DNA of 64,000 nt from assembly GCA_963848965.1 (NCBI GenBank), contig CAWKFG010000004.1, forward strand, positions 288,001 through 352,000. The letters are read 5' to 3'. The DNA is from an uncultured bacterium (lineage in GTDB: Bacteria; Babelota; Babeliae; Babelales; Babelaceae). Position numbers and translations under genes: made by a program. The notes under the pieces were generated by a model that was not told where the DNA came from, ran no database searches, and saw nothing but the letters and a program-made list of their open reading frames with translations. Of the stretch, positions 47,889 through 58,237 are shown in pieces; within the stretch, counting starts at the first letter, position 1; each line of letters opens with the position of its first letter.

Positions 47889-49889
47889 ATGGTATCAAAA
47901 AAAGTTTTTTTTATTTATGGCATAGGATTCTTCTTTTTAATGAATGCTATGGAGAAGGAAAAAGAAGATAATTCAAGTGGCAATGTTGGTGCTCCTCTGA
48001 TACAAAGCCTGCATAAAGTGGTTCAAGCTAATAATAATCTTACGGCTTTAATAAACGCAGCTAGGTATGGGCATAAAGAGCTCGTACAAGAGTTGTTAGA
48101 TAAAGGAGCTGTGCTTGATATGCAAGATGATTCCGGTAACACTGCTTTAATGAGTGCTTCATATAATGGTCATAAAGAAGTTGTCATCTTATTGGTAAGT
48201 AAAGGAGCAAATTTTACCATACAAAATAATAATGGCTATACGGCTTTAAGGCTTGCTGCTCAATATGGGCACAAAGAAGTTGCACAAGTGCTTTTAGAAA
48301 AAGGAGCTAGGGATCATGCTGCTTTAGCAGATGCTGAGAAAAATCACCATAAAGATGTGGTATCTCTCTTGTTTAAGTATGCGCAAGACAAAACGAACGA
48401 TAATGCTAAAAATGTTATCTCTTCTACTCAAGAAACAGAACAGGGTAAGCAGGCCTCTCCATCTTCTTTACGAGCTTCTTCTTTACCTATATCTCCTGTC
48501 GTAGAAAGCCCGAGCAATAAAGCGCAAGAAATCAGGATCACTGGCGAACTTCTTAATGTTGATGCTCAAGATAGCGACGGGCAAACGGCTTTGATAAAAG
48601 CTGCCAATCAAGGAGATAAAGAAGGTGTACAAGAACTTTTGAAAAAAAGAGCTAATGTTAGTATTGTAGATAAAAAAGGGGATACTGCGCTTATATGGGC
48701 TGTACGCTCAGGTAATAAGCAAATAGTAGAACTTTTGCTAAAAAATGATGCTGAAGTTAATACTAAAAATGTAAGCGGCTGGACAGCACTACATTATGCT
48801 GCTCAGAGTGGCAATAAAGAGCTGGCAGAGTTATTGATAAGTCACGAGACTGATATTAATGCTCAAGATATAATCCAACAGACAGCCTTGCATGTAGCTG
48901 CACATAACGGGCATAAAAAGCTTGTAGAGTTATTAATAGCTCAAGGAGCAAATCTTTATTGTACTTGTAAATATGTAAAAAATCCTACAAATACTGACAT
49001 TACTGTTTTGATGTGCGCTGCACTTGCAGGCCATAAAAATGTTGTAGAATTTTTATTACATGCAGGAGCTTCAATAAACTCTCAAAGTAGTTTGGGGTGG
49101 ACAGCCTTGACTGGAGCGGCATATTGGGGACATATCGAAGTGGTTGAACTGTTATTAAGTAAAGGTGCGGCTCTTCAATCAAAGATGAGCGTTACTGCTT
49201 TTATGCAAGCAGCGCGTATGGGCTATAAGAAAGTGATAGAACTTTTCTTACAAGCGGGAATTTCGGTAAATGTTCGAGATAATGAGGGGCGGACAGCTTT
49301 AATGAATGCTACTACTGGAGGACATAAGGAAGTAGTAGAAAGTTTACTAAAAGCAGGAGCTCAAATAGATATTCAAGATAATAAAAAATATACAGCTTTA
49401 ATGAGCGCAGTATCTAACGGTCACAAAGAAATAGTAAAAATTTTATTGCAAGCAGGAGCACAAATAAATGCTCGAGAGGAAAATGGGTGGACATCATTAA
49501 TAATGGCAGCTTCACCTGGTAACACTACAGTAAAATATCATAAAGAAATAGTAGAGCTTTTACTAGAGGCTGGAGCAGACATCAATGCTCAAAGTTTATA
49601 TGGTTCTACAGCGTTACTTATTGCTGTAGATAAAAAGAATAAAGACTTAGTAGAACTATTATTAAGGAAGGGAGCAAATCCTAATCTTGTGGAGAAGAAT
49701 TATCTAGAGACTCCTTTAACAAGAGCCGTATATAATAAGCATAAAGAAATAATCGAACTTTTGTTGAAAGCTGGAGCTGATGGTAATGCTCAAAATAAAG
49801 AAGGAAAAACAGCTTTGTCGAAAGCGACACAAGAGGAGCGTAAAGAGATAGTAGAATTGTTATTAAGCAAAGGTGCACAAATGCTATGA
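47889..49889 (+). CDS. Ankyrin-repeat protein with signal peptide then ME
   Basis: More than 15 G.TAL..AA..GH.E.V..LL..GA repeats; ...LMNA|MEKE. Confidence 0.95.
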   Translation: MVSKKVFFIYGIGFFFLMNAMEKEKEDNSSGNVGAPLIQSLHKVVQANNNLTALINAARYGHKELVQELLDKGAVLDMQDDSGNTALMSASYNGHKEVVILLVSKGANFTIQNNNGYTALRLAAQYGHKEVAQVLLEKGARDHAALADAEKNHHKDVVSLLFKYAQDKTNDNAKNVISSTQETEQGKQASPSSLRASSLPISPVVESPSNKAQEIRITGELLNVDAQDSDGQTALIKAANQGDKEGVQELLKKRANVSIVDKKGDTALIWAVRSGNKQIVELLLKNDAEVNTKNVSGWTALHYAAQSGNKELAELLISHETDINAQDIIQQTALHVAAHNGHKKLVELLIAQGANLYCTCKYVKNPTNTDITVLMCAALAGHKNVVEFLLHAGASINSQSSLGWTALTGAAYWGHIEVVELLLSKGAALQSKMSVTAFMQAARMGYKKVIELFLQAGISVNVRDNEGRTALMNATTGGHKEVVESLLKAGAQIDIQDNKKYTALMSAVSNGHKEIVKILLQAGAQINAREENGWTSLIMAASPGNTTVKYHKEIVELLLEAGADINAQSLYGSTALLIAVDKKNKDLVELLLRKGANPNLVEKNYLETPLTRAVYNKHKEIIELLLKAGADGNAQNKEGKTALSKATQEERKEIVELLLSKGAQML

Positions 49890-49939
49890 GCAAGGGATTT
49901 GCGCTATTAGAATCATTTAAGATAGCACTTCAAATATAG

Positions 49940-50716
49940 TTATCGACAAGAACTTTCTAGTGCAAGAACAATATCGTTATCCTTAACACGAATTTTTAAT
50001 GCAACGTCAGGAAAATATTCCAGCACATCTTGTATATGATACCTTCTGCTTTGAAGGACTGCATTTTCATTATCTTCACTAAGAAAGCGCTGATCATGTA
50101 TAACCATAGTATTAGAAGAATCAAAAGTAAGATTTAACTTTTTAAGGAAAGCTTCACGAACACATCGTTGCTTAGAGCTTAAAAGATAATTTTGAGGAGC
50201 TAAAAAATCAGGAATTAACCCGTCTATTTTTTTTAAGACTTCTGGATCACCATGTATATAACTTTCCATCCACTCTAAAGCTCCTGGGGTACCCCAATAA
50301 AAAGCAGCATAAAAGAGAAGTTTAAGCCATTCTGCACTAGAAGAGGAAAATATTTTTGAGTATTTTTTAACAAATTCTTGTAACACTAATCCATTAAATT
50401 GTGCATCCCTTAATAAGGGAGAAAAGGATCTATGCATGCTCATACATGCTTTTATACTATCCCACGCGTTAAAGAAATCTTGAACATTTTCAGTAAGATA
50501 CTGAGTATTCTTTATTACTGAGTAAAGAATACTCTTTTTAATGTCGGCTGGTAACTCGTTCAAAGAACCTGAAGACACTACGGTAGACTTGTAATTATCG
50601 ATAATTACCATGTTACCTAAACTTTTTGGAGACTCCATAGCATTAAGGACAGTACAGAACAAAAAGCTACTTATTTGTATTATTCTTATACTATACATTG
50701 CTTCCTTGTTTTTCAA
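49940..50716 (-). CDS. Secreted protein with F-box-like motif
   Basis: ...VLNA|MES; LNELPADIKKSIL; shares a domain with 50780 and 60888. Confidence 0.7.
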   Translation of the reverse strand: MKNKEAMYSIRIIQISSFLFCTVLNAMESPKSLGNMVIIDNYKSTVVSSGSLNELPADIKKSILYSVIKNTQYLTENVQDFFNAWDSIKACMSMHRSFSPLLRDAQFNGLVLQEFVKKYSKIFSSSSAEWLKLLFYAAFYWGTPGALEWMESYIHGDPEVLKKIDGLIPDFLAPQNYLLSSKQRCVREAFLKKLNLTFDSSNTMVIHDQRFLSEDNENAVLQSRRYHIQDVLEYFPDVALKIRVKDNDIVLALESSCR

Positions 50717-50779
50717 AGAATTTATTTACCCATATTTTAAAGTATACAAGGAAGCCGTATAAGCTGCAAGAACTCTTTA

Positions 50780-51673
50780 TCACATTTGGCCTGAAGGATA
50801 GTCTGTAATAACTTTTGTAACTCCTGGTCTGCCTACTATAGAAGGCTGCGTATAACCGGGACGCAATCTTATCCTTCCGCCACCAGGACCAAAGAAGTCT
50901 ACTTCTCGCCATTTGGTTAATTTGTCGATTTCTTCTTCTGAAAGTGTGTGTCTGCCACGGAACACTTTTATCTTTTCTTCAACAAGACCTTTAACTGTTT
51001 CTCCCTTTTTGTTTGTATATGCACCTACTAATCCAGGTTTATATTTTTCAGCTCCATTATATAATAAATAGAGTGCTAGATCAGGATTATCCTGTTTTAT
51101 AGCTACCATAAGAGGAGTATTACCCTCATCATCCTGAATATTAAGAGGGGCCCCGTTCTTTATTAAAAGAGGTATAAGAGTGCCATACGTATGTGATCCT
51201 GACCATGCAAGAATTGTAAAAAGAACTTCTTTATTCTTTGAAAGCTCTGGGTCAGATTCTAGCATATCTCTTAACCAATCAACCGCTCCCTTGGTGCCTA
51301 AAACAGTTGCCGCCTTAATTAATGACACTCTATCTATTGTAGAGAAAAACCGTCGTGCCAGCTCTTCAATCAAAGCTCTGTTTATAGATTCGTCGTTTAA
51401 GAAAGGTGCAAATACTTTGTTAAGAGACATAAAATTGCGTATATTCTGCGCTGCTTCTTGTATGTCTTTTCCTGATGTTAGAAATAAAAGAACCTCGCCC
51501 TTAAGCTCATCAGGTAAAGCCTCAAGAGGAGCTGGTAATGGCTGTCTATAGTGTTCTATAATTCTAAGCCAGTACGTCGGTGAAACTTTTATTTTTCCCA
51601 CTCCTTCTGGCCCTTCCATAGCACTTACACTACTTACAAGGCAGCATACAATTAGCCATAATTTACTATTCAT
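50780..51673 (-). CDS. Secreted F-box-like plus ankyrin protein
   Basis: ...SVSA|MEG; LEALPDELKGEVL; GNTPLMVAI ankyrin repeat. Confidence 0.8.
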   Translation of the reverse strand: MNSKLWLIVCCLVSSVSAMEGPEGVGKIKVSPTYWLRIIEHYRQPLPAPLEALPDELKGEVLLFLTSGKDIQEAAQNIRNFMSLNKVFAPFLNDESINRALIEELARRFFSTIDRVSLIKAATVLGTKGAVDWLRDMLESDPELSKNKEVLFTILAWSGSHTYGTLIPLLIKNGAPLNIQDDEGNTPLMVAIKQDNPDLALYLLYNGAEKYKPGLVGAYTNKKGETVKGLVEEKIKVFRGRHTLSEEEIDKLTKWREVDFFGPGGGRIRLRPGYTQPSIVGRPGVTKVITDYPSGQM

Positions 51674-51904
51674 AATAACGTCCTTTTTATTTTTATATTC
51701 TTTTGCATTAACTATATAGTATTTTATTCAATTTTGCAATAGAATACATAGCTCTCTGTACCAGCTACTTTTTACTTTTCAACATTTTAGCTTCCTTCTT
51801 TTGATAAAAGAAATGAGTTAAGAGACTTGCCAACAAAGAAACCGTTAGTATATAGTGAAATGAGACTAATACCAGATGGCATAGTTCTTATAAGGGGGAC
51901 AATT

Positions 51905-52264
51905 ATGAAATTGCATATATATATAGGTACTGGAGTTTTACTTTTTATGTATCCACTCTATGGCACATTACCAGAAAAACCAGTAGAAACACAAAAAGAC
52001 AAATCTCATCTTTTGCTTAAAGCGCTCTCAAATTACAAAGGCATTGCTACAGGATTAGTAGCACTTATCTCAGGCGTTTACGGCTTAGTACAGCTTAAAG
52101 ACGCTTATATCTTTTATAAAGATCCGGAATTACTTCCAGAAGAGCGAGGAAGCGTTGTATTTCATGCAGTTGGACCGGGAGTAGGAGCACTCTATATCGC
52201 CTATCATGCTACAAAAACCTTTAGGAAATCCTGGAAAGAATTTTTAGCAAAAAATGCAGCTTAA
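51905..52264 (+). CDS. Small exported membrane hypothetical protein
   Basis: Signal peptide MKLHIYIG...LYG and two TM segments; GGGGG RBS. Confidence 0.65.
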   Translation: MKLHIYIGTGVLLFMYPLYGTLPEKPVETQKDKSHLLLKALSNYKGIATGLVALISGVYGLVQLKDAYIFYKDPELLPEERGSVVFHAVGPGVGALYIAYHATKTFRKSWKEFLAKNAA

Positions 52265-52294
52265 TTTCAGAGTTTATATACACTGCAGACAACG

Positions 52295-53092
52295 CTATTT
52301 TTTTTGGCTTCTAGTGCCATACGTCCAATTAGATGGCTTATTTAATATCCTTCGAGCAAGTACAGGACTTGGTCTATTAAGAGAAAAAATTCCCCATACT
52401 GCCGCCATAAGGCCACCTTGTTGCGGTTGAGGAGGGTTTACTGCTGCTGGACTGGTTGTTTGCTCTTTACTTTGAGGAATAGAATTTGATGCAGGCGCTT
52501 GTTTGATTGGCCCTTGTTCTGCCTCATTATTTTGTTCACCGTTATTTACTCGAGGGGAAGCAACTGGTGATTGAGCCAATTTAATACGCTGCTTACAGAT
52601 AGAGCATGTAGGATGTTGAGGATTTGCAAGAATTTGGCGATTAGCACATATAGCACAGAAAAGATGGCCACAATTAAATTGTGTCATCTGCTCTTCAGAT
52701 CTAAAATCATCTTTACAAAGAGGACATTTTATCACTATCTCACTTCTACAGGTAGGACAGGTGCCTTTCTTTGCCTTCCACTCAAATATACACTTTACAC
52801 AGCAGTTATCATGCTTACATGCTAATTTAACATTACATGACATTTCACTATCACCAACTTTAACAGAATTTTCTTCATGACAAATAAGACAGTCAAAAAC
52901 TCCTAACCTTTTTGCCTCTTTACTATCTGCTTCAGGTCCTTTTAGCTTTTCTTCAAACGGATTCTGCAAAGGTAACTTTATACCTAAACGAACACCCTCT
53001 TTTACAAAATAAGGCTGTTCTTGTTGCATTGCAAAAACAGCCGATTGAATAAGCGAAAATATAAGAACTAAACGCACATAGCATAGGTTCAT
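52295..53092 (-). CDS. Secreted protein with two RING-HC-like zinc fingers
   Basis: CLIC...CKH..C..C...CPTC and CPLC...CGHLFCAIC...CSIC; ...AVFA|MQQ. Confidence 0.85.
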   Translation of the reverse strand: MNLCYVRLVLIFSLIQSAVFAMQQEQPYFVKEGVRLGIKLPLQNPFEEKLKGPEADSKEAKRLGVFDCLICHEENSVKVGDSEMSCNVKLACKHDNCCVKCIFEWKAKKGTCPTCRSEIVIKCPLCKDDFRSEEQMTQFNCGHLFCAICANRQILANPQHPTCSICKQRIKLAQSPVASPRVNNGEQNNEAEQGPIKQAPASNSIPQSKEQTTSPAAVNPPQPQQGGLMAAVWGIFSLNRPSPVLARRILNKPSNWTYGTRSQKK

Positions 53093-53270
53093 AGAAACCC
53101 CCTTAGCTTTGACTAAATATTATAACTCTCTATAATTAACAATACCATATTTTATCCCAATGTAAATCTTTAGCATATTCCACACTGAAATTGCTATCTT
53201 TATGAGAAGAAGATTCATCGTTCTGCTAGAAAGCGGACTATAAATCCTTTTACAAAGCATACGCATACAA

Positions 53271-53298
53271 AAAAGGTGCTGTATAATCAGCACCTTTT
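53271..53298 (-). terminator. Intrinsic terminator after mreB
   Basis: AAAAGGTGCTG-tataat-CAGCACCTTTT. Confidence 0.75.
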
Positions 53299-53299
53299 G

Positions 53300-54352
53300 T
53301 TATCTCATTAGCGTTTCTTTAAAGAAATCAAGCTCTTCAAGTACTTTACCTGCGCCATTTACTACGCAAAATAATGGATTATCTGCTATTCTTACAGGAA
53401 GCCCTGTTTCACGGGCAATTAATTTATCAAGTCCGCGAAGCATAGAGCCTCCACCCGCCATAGTAATACCTTTATCTACTAAATCAGATGAAAGTTCTGG
53501 AGGTGTATTTTCAAGAGCAACATGCACAACGTCAGTAATACTTGCAATAGTTTCTAAAAGAGCTTCATGAACCTCTCTATTGGTAAGCGTAATAGTCTTT
53601 GGTACTCCTGTCATAAGATCACGCCCTTTTACTTCAACAGTTTCAAGCTCGCCATCATCCATAACAGTACCTACTTCGATTTTAATCATCTCTGCAGTAC
53701 GCTCACCTATAAGCAAATTATACTTGCGCTTAACGTACTGTACAACTGCACGGTCCATCTCGTCACCGCCTACACGAACTGATCTACAGAAGACAACGTC
53801 TTTTAAGCTAATAACAGCAACCTCTGTAGTTCCACCACCAATATCGATGATCATACTTCCAGAAGGGTCATGTACTGGTAATCCTGAACCAATTGCTGCT
53901 GCCATAGGCTCCATAATAGTATATACTTCTCGTGCACCTGCTTGCTTTGCAGAATCTTCTACAGCACGTCGTTCTACTTGCGTAATACCAGAAGGAACTC
54001 CAATAATCATACGAGGACGTACGAGCGTTCGCCGATTATCGTGCACTTCACGAATGAAATAGCGTAACATACTTTCAGTAAGCTCAAAATTTGCAATTAC
54101 TCCATCGCGCATAGGTCTACAGGCTACAATGCTCTCTGGTGTTTTACCAAGCATCTCTTTAGCCCTTTTACCCGCTGCAAGCACATGATTAGTATGAGCC
54201 TTTACCGCCACTACCGATGGCTCATTTAATACAATACCCTTATGTGGTACATACACTACCGTATTTGCGGTCCCCAAATCGATAGCAAGATCATTTGAAA
54301 AAAAGCTAAAGAGCCGTTTAGCTGGTAAAAATTTAGAGAATCTACCCTTCAT
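53300..54352 (-). CDS. mreB: Rod shape-determining protein MreB
   Basis: Motifs AIDLGTANT, EPSVVA, DIGGGTTE, TPPEL..D. Confidence 0.97.
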   Translation of the reverse strand: MKGRFSKFLPAKRLFSFFSNDLAIDLGTANTVVYVPHKGIVLNEPSVVAVKAHTNHVLAAGKRAKEMLGKTPESIVACRPMRDGVIANFELTESMLRYFIREVHDNRRTLVRPRMIIGVPSGITQVERRAVEDSAKQAGAREVYTIMEPMAAAIGSGLPVHDPSGSMIIDIGGGTTEVAVISLKDVVFCRSVRVGGDEMDRAVVQYVKRKYNLLIGERTAEMIKIEVGTVMDDGELETVEVKGRDLMTGVPKTITLTNREVHEALLETIASITDVVHVALENTPPELSSDLVDKGITMAGGGSMLRGLDKLIARETGLPVRIADNPLFCVVNGAGKVLEELDFFKETLMR

Positions 54353-54371
54353 AATTTTTTTAAATACCTCC

Positions 54372-55613
54372 CTAGAAATTAAGTTCTACCATTAATGATA
54401 CACTATGCGTTTTCGCCGATCGTTTACTCACTTTCCAATCTACAGGAATATCCCAATAAGCAGAAATAATAGGTCGCCACCATGCCCACTCACAATTTTT
54501 ATTAAAGTCATAAAAAGCACCAACCGTTACATACTCACTACCCCATGAAGAGCGAGCCCGTACTGGTTCTAAGTTTACAGGAACCGCTTTATCACGCCGC
54601 ATATCAGATAAAGTATCTTTTAGGTGAGCAACCATAGTATACTGCACCTTAAGACCAAACCCTTCCCGCAGCCCTTCAAGAGAGATATAAGGATTAAATA
54701 CAAATGTCCAGCCTGGATCAACATGCAGAGGCCCAACCACCGCTCCATAACGCGTTGGTTCGCAATCGACTGGTATCCGTTGCGTTAACGTCTTTGACAA
54801 TCGCTTAATTGCTCGGAACTGAAATCCAACAACCCAATCCTCCTTCAATTCTATCTCATTTTCAAGACCAAGATAAACTCCCCAATGCTTATTACCGCCA
54901 AGAGAAATAGACGCTGGATTATTAATGTTTATATCATCGGCTGTAGGCGCTATAAAGCCAAGCTTTAATCCAGAGTCTATACGCTTTACTTTACAGATAT
55001 ATTCTGCAAAAAAGCCAAGCCTAAAATAAACATCAAGGTCACCAAACATTGTCTTTCTAAAAAGCGGAGGAGTTACTCCAAGCTCACGATCCATTCTTTC
55101 ACGTAATGTAAAGAGAGCCTGCCTGCTACCTGCTGCATTTGTAGCATTTGTTGCATCTAAGCAAAACTCTTGTGCTGAATTAACATGTGCAAAAAGAAAT
55201 GACATTCCTGAAGAAAAATAGAAGCCACTTGGATGGCACCATCCAGGTAACAGCTCTAAGTAAAATGCTATTCCTTCAGCATCAAGATGCCCTTCTCTAC
55301 GCCATGGAATACTTGTTAACGCACGTAATCGTGAAGGAAAAAGATTCGGATGCCCGGTGGCAACAAGCGCTCTGCCAATTTGTACCTGATCATAGGTACC
55401 ATCAATGTTCGGAAGACTTGTTTCATCAAAGTCACCATGTGCTCGCTCTGCACGCATGAAAAAAGGCTGCACCCTAAAATTCAGATACGCCTGCGGCCTA
55501 TGAGTAAATGGCTTAAAATAGAGAGGAAGAAATCCTCTACTAGCGTCAAATGTCATACTATAAAGAGAAGAATTACCTGTGAGTAAAAGTAAAAAATACC
55601 AACGCTTTATCAT
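54372..55613 (-). CDS. Putative outer-membrane beta-barrel protein
   Basis: Signal peptide, amphipathic strands, C-terminal VSLMVELNF ending in Phe. Confidence 0.55.
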   Translation of the reverse strand: MIKRWYFLLLLTGNSSLYSMTFDASRGFLPLYFKPFTHRPQAYLNFRVQPFFMRAERAHGDFDETSLPNIDGTYDQVQIGRALVATGHPNLFPSRLRALTSIPWRREGHLDAEGIAFYLELLPGWCHPSGFYFSSGMSFLFAHVNSAQEFCLDATNATNAAGSRQALFTLRERMDRELGVTPPLFRKTMFGDLDVYFRLGFFAEYICKVKRIDSGLKLGFIAPTADDININNPASISLGGNKHWGVYLGLENEIELKEDWVVGFQFRAIKRLSKTLTQRIPVDCEPTRYGAVVGPLHVDPGWTFVFNPYISLEGLREGFGLKVQYTMVAHLKDTLSDMRRDKAVPVNLEPVRARSSWGSEYVTVGAFYDFNKNCEWAWWRPIISAYWDIPVDWKVSKRSAKTHSVSLMVELNF

Positions 55614-55630
55614 TGTAGTCCCTGGTTATC

Positions 55631-55725
55631 TGGTGGAGAGAGAGGGATTCGAACCCCCGATCCCGGGTTTAAACCGGAATAACCGCTTTCGAGGCGGCCG
55701 CTTTCGTCCACTCAGCCATCTCTCC
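55631..55725 (-). tRNA. tRNA-Ser(CGA)
   Basis: GGAGAGATGGCTGAGTGG...GCCGC-CT-CGA-AA-GCGGT, long variable arm, GGTTCGAATCC, encoded CCA. Confidence 0.95.
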
Positions 55726-55973
55726 TTGCACATTTTATCTGTTTCACGGTTGAGCTTTAAGTAGTTGACGAACCGTCACCCTTACTACAAGGATAAATGA
55801 TCTGGTATTTTTGAAAAGCTTTTTTGATCTTTCTTATAACAGAAATGTCGATATACTCTTATTATGCAACAAAAATTAAAAACAGGTTAATATTATTAAG
55901 AAATAAGCAATAAATTACCTAAAGTAAACATTTGCTTGAAAAAATTATATATGCTCATGCACAAGCTTTTATA

Positions 55974-57296
55974 CTATTTTTGAGCATTATTTGCCTCCTT
56001 TAAACGTTTGCATTTTTCTTTATGCCGAGGCCAATCTTTTACTTGGCATTCTCGAGAACAGTACATCACTGTTCTGCAGTCTCCACACTTTTTATGGTTC
56101 CCTGGTTTATCACATCCACTACATCCAGCAGAAATAAAATGCATATTCATAGCCTGGTTTGTATTAAGATTATTATAAAAAATATCTTTTATAGGCATTA
56201 TGTCTTCATGCTTGCCTTGAGCATGTGCTCGTTCTACTTCTCCGCATGCCTTCATAATCTCCATCGTTTTATCAACACTTGTAAGGTCATATTCTTCATA
56301 AGTTCTATCGGGCAGAATTTGATAACCAACAAGATTTTCTACACAAGCTTCGGTACTTCCTGACACAATAGCCTTACGAGCTAAAGCTGCAATATATGGT
56401 ACAACTGAGTGATCTATATTATATAAATCTTCTGTTCGAACAAATATAAATGGCTTTTGATTAAGAAGAGTACCATCTAAGTACCCAAGTTTAACTAAAT
56501 AGCATGCTGCTATATGAGCTATACCATGATCTTGAGTACCTTCGCAAATAAGACGATGAACTGTCGCTAGTAAATACTTTGAAAAAAGACCTTTAATTTC
56601 TCTGCAGATCTCACTATACTCAAGATGCAATGCCGTCAGCATATGTGCTTTAAGTTCAGGATGCTCTTTACAAGTATTACAATACTCATCCACACTAGAA
56701 TATATACGTACTTCGATAGAAAATCCTACATCTTGTTCAACAAGCTTGATCCATTTCATAAATTGGCAGAATAGCTTATGCAAAAAGTGACTTCCTTGAG
56801 GATTAGTTATGTACTCGTGATACTCTTTATCAATTAAATTTATCTTAAGCGTGAAGTGCTTTTTATATTTTTTGAGCGCGTAAGCAATTCTACTTACCAT
56901 TACTAATTCAGAATAGAGTCTACTGGTATTAAGGCTTGTATAAACAATAGTATCATTACCTTTAAAAAAAGAAGAACCATTGCCAGCAACAAGCTGTTCA
57001 AAAGATGACCTAATCCATGGAAAAAGCTTTCTATTCATAGGGCACTTTTCACTTGCACATTCTCTTATTGAAAAAAGAGGAGAAGAACTACTATGTATAC
57101 TCTCATATGCACGTATAATATCTTGTCTCTCATTAGATCTAATAAGCTTCTTAACAGTTCTATAAAAATCAGAAGTTATTTCTGGTACTTTTGAAAACTG
57201 AATCACTTTCTCTGTTATATACTCTGAAAGAAAGAATCCTCCACAGAGAGAAAATGAAAAGAATGATGAAAGTAAAAAGAGAAAACGAATAAACAT
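55974..57296 (-). CDS. Secreted protein with C-terminal MYND zinc finger
   Basis: CSGC....CGDC..VMYCSRECQVKDWPRHKEKC; signal peptide. Confidence 0.85.
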   Translation of the reverse strand: MFIRFLFLLSSFFSFSLCGGFFLSEYITEKVIQFSKVPEITSDFYRTVKKLIRSNERQDIIRAYESIHSSSSPLFSIRECASEKCPMNRKLFPWIRSSFEQLVAGNGSSFFKGNDTIVYTSLNTSRLYSELVMVSRIAYALKKYKKHFTLKINLIDKEYHEYITNPQGSHFLHKLFCQFMKWIKLVEQDVGFSIEVRIYSSVDEYCNTCKEHPELKAHMLTALHLEYSEICREIKGLFSKYLLATVHRLICEGTQDHGIAHIAACYLVKLGYLDGTLLNQKPFIFVRTEDLYNIDHSVVPYIAALARKAIVSGSTEACVENLVGYQILPDRTYEEYDLTSVDKTMEIMKACGEVERAHAQGKHEDIMPIKDIFYNNLNTNQAMNMHFISAGCSGCDKPGNHKKCGDCRTVMYCSRECQVKDWPRHKEKCKRLKEANNAQK

Positions 57297-57394
57297 AGAA
57301 CTCCTAACACACAAACATAAAATTTATTACTATTATAAAGACCAAGTTAGCACTAATTACCAATTTTTGCAAATATGCGGGCTCATAGAACCAC

Positions 57395-58030
57395 TTATAC
57401 AACCAACTTTGAAAGTAGTATGATCATGCCTTGTACTGCATGAAAGAATGTTCTTTGAACAGCTGGAATACTAAAAATAACAACGACAATAAGAAGAGTA
57501 AATGGTTGGAGTTTATAATATGTTTCCTTCCACTCTTGAGGTAACAGCGCTTGAATAACGTGGCTTCCGTCAAGCGGAGGAATCGGCAAGATATTAAACA
57601 TTCCTAATATAACGTTAATCATCAGAAACTCTCTTAAAAAAAAGAGAATGCCCTCACGCGGATAGTAGAGTGTAAAATATTTAAAAGCATAAAGTGAAAC
57701 TACCGCAAGAAAAAAGTTAGAAAGCGGTCCTGCAAATCCAACGAGTACTGAATAGAAACCAGGATACTTAAAGTTTTTAGGATTTATAGGCACTGGCTTT
57801 GCCCAGCCAACACGAATTAAAAGAATCAGCAAAAATCCTAAAGGATCTATATGCTTAATCGGATTAAGCGTTAAACGTCCGGCACGCTTTGCAGTATCGT
57901 CACCTAACATATAGGCTACTACTGCATGCATACATTCATGAAACGTAACTGCAAGCAAAAATGCTACGATAGTGCTTAGAAATACAAAAACTTGTAGAGC
58001 CATAGCTTTTCTCAAAGTAACAATTCTCAT
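57395..58030 (-). CDS. Site-2 protease family (M50)
   Basis: Motifs FHECMH, GD.TA...GRLTLNP, AGP.SN, FNILPIPPLDG. Confidence 0.92.
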   Translation of the reverse strand: MRIVTLRKAMALQVFVFLSTIVAFLLAVTFHECMHAVVAYMLGDDTAKRAGRLTLNPIKHIDPLGFLLILLIRVGWAKPVPINPKNFKYPGFYSVLVGFAGPLSNFFLAVVSLYAFKYFTLYYPREGILFFLREFLMINVILGMFNILPIPPLDGSHVIQALLPQEWKETYYKLQPFTLLIVVVIFSIPAVQRTFFHAVQGMIILLSKLVV

Positions 58031-58237
58031 TTTTCCTTACATTATTCTACCATGTAAGCATAGAGGTATACAACAAAAGCACTTTTAATTGCACAGTCAT
58101 TACCATGAGTTATTCACACAGAAAGGTAGTGTTTATAAAATAATTTTTTTGTTTATACTTAATGTAAATATCTTCAGTTTTGAAAGTACCTCTTAACGTA
58201 AAAGATCTTTGAGGTACAATGCACCATAAGGAGCCGT

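Noticed and set aside
53580..54062. Antisense and alternate-frame ORFs in the track (e.g. 53580..54062, 51180..51551, 44902..45243, 15325..15711, 45374..45586)
   Set aside because: They are shadows of well-supported genes or of the hicA pseudogene, with no motifs of their own.
55631..57314. tRNA-Ser as a prophage/island attachment site
   Set aside because: No integrase nearby and no duplicated tRNA 3' end was seen.
58110..58118. DnaA-box-like TTATTCACA (also at 61865) as oriC
   Set aside because: Isolated one-mismatch boxes with no cluster and no dnaA/dnaN context.
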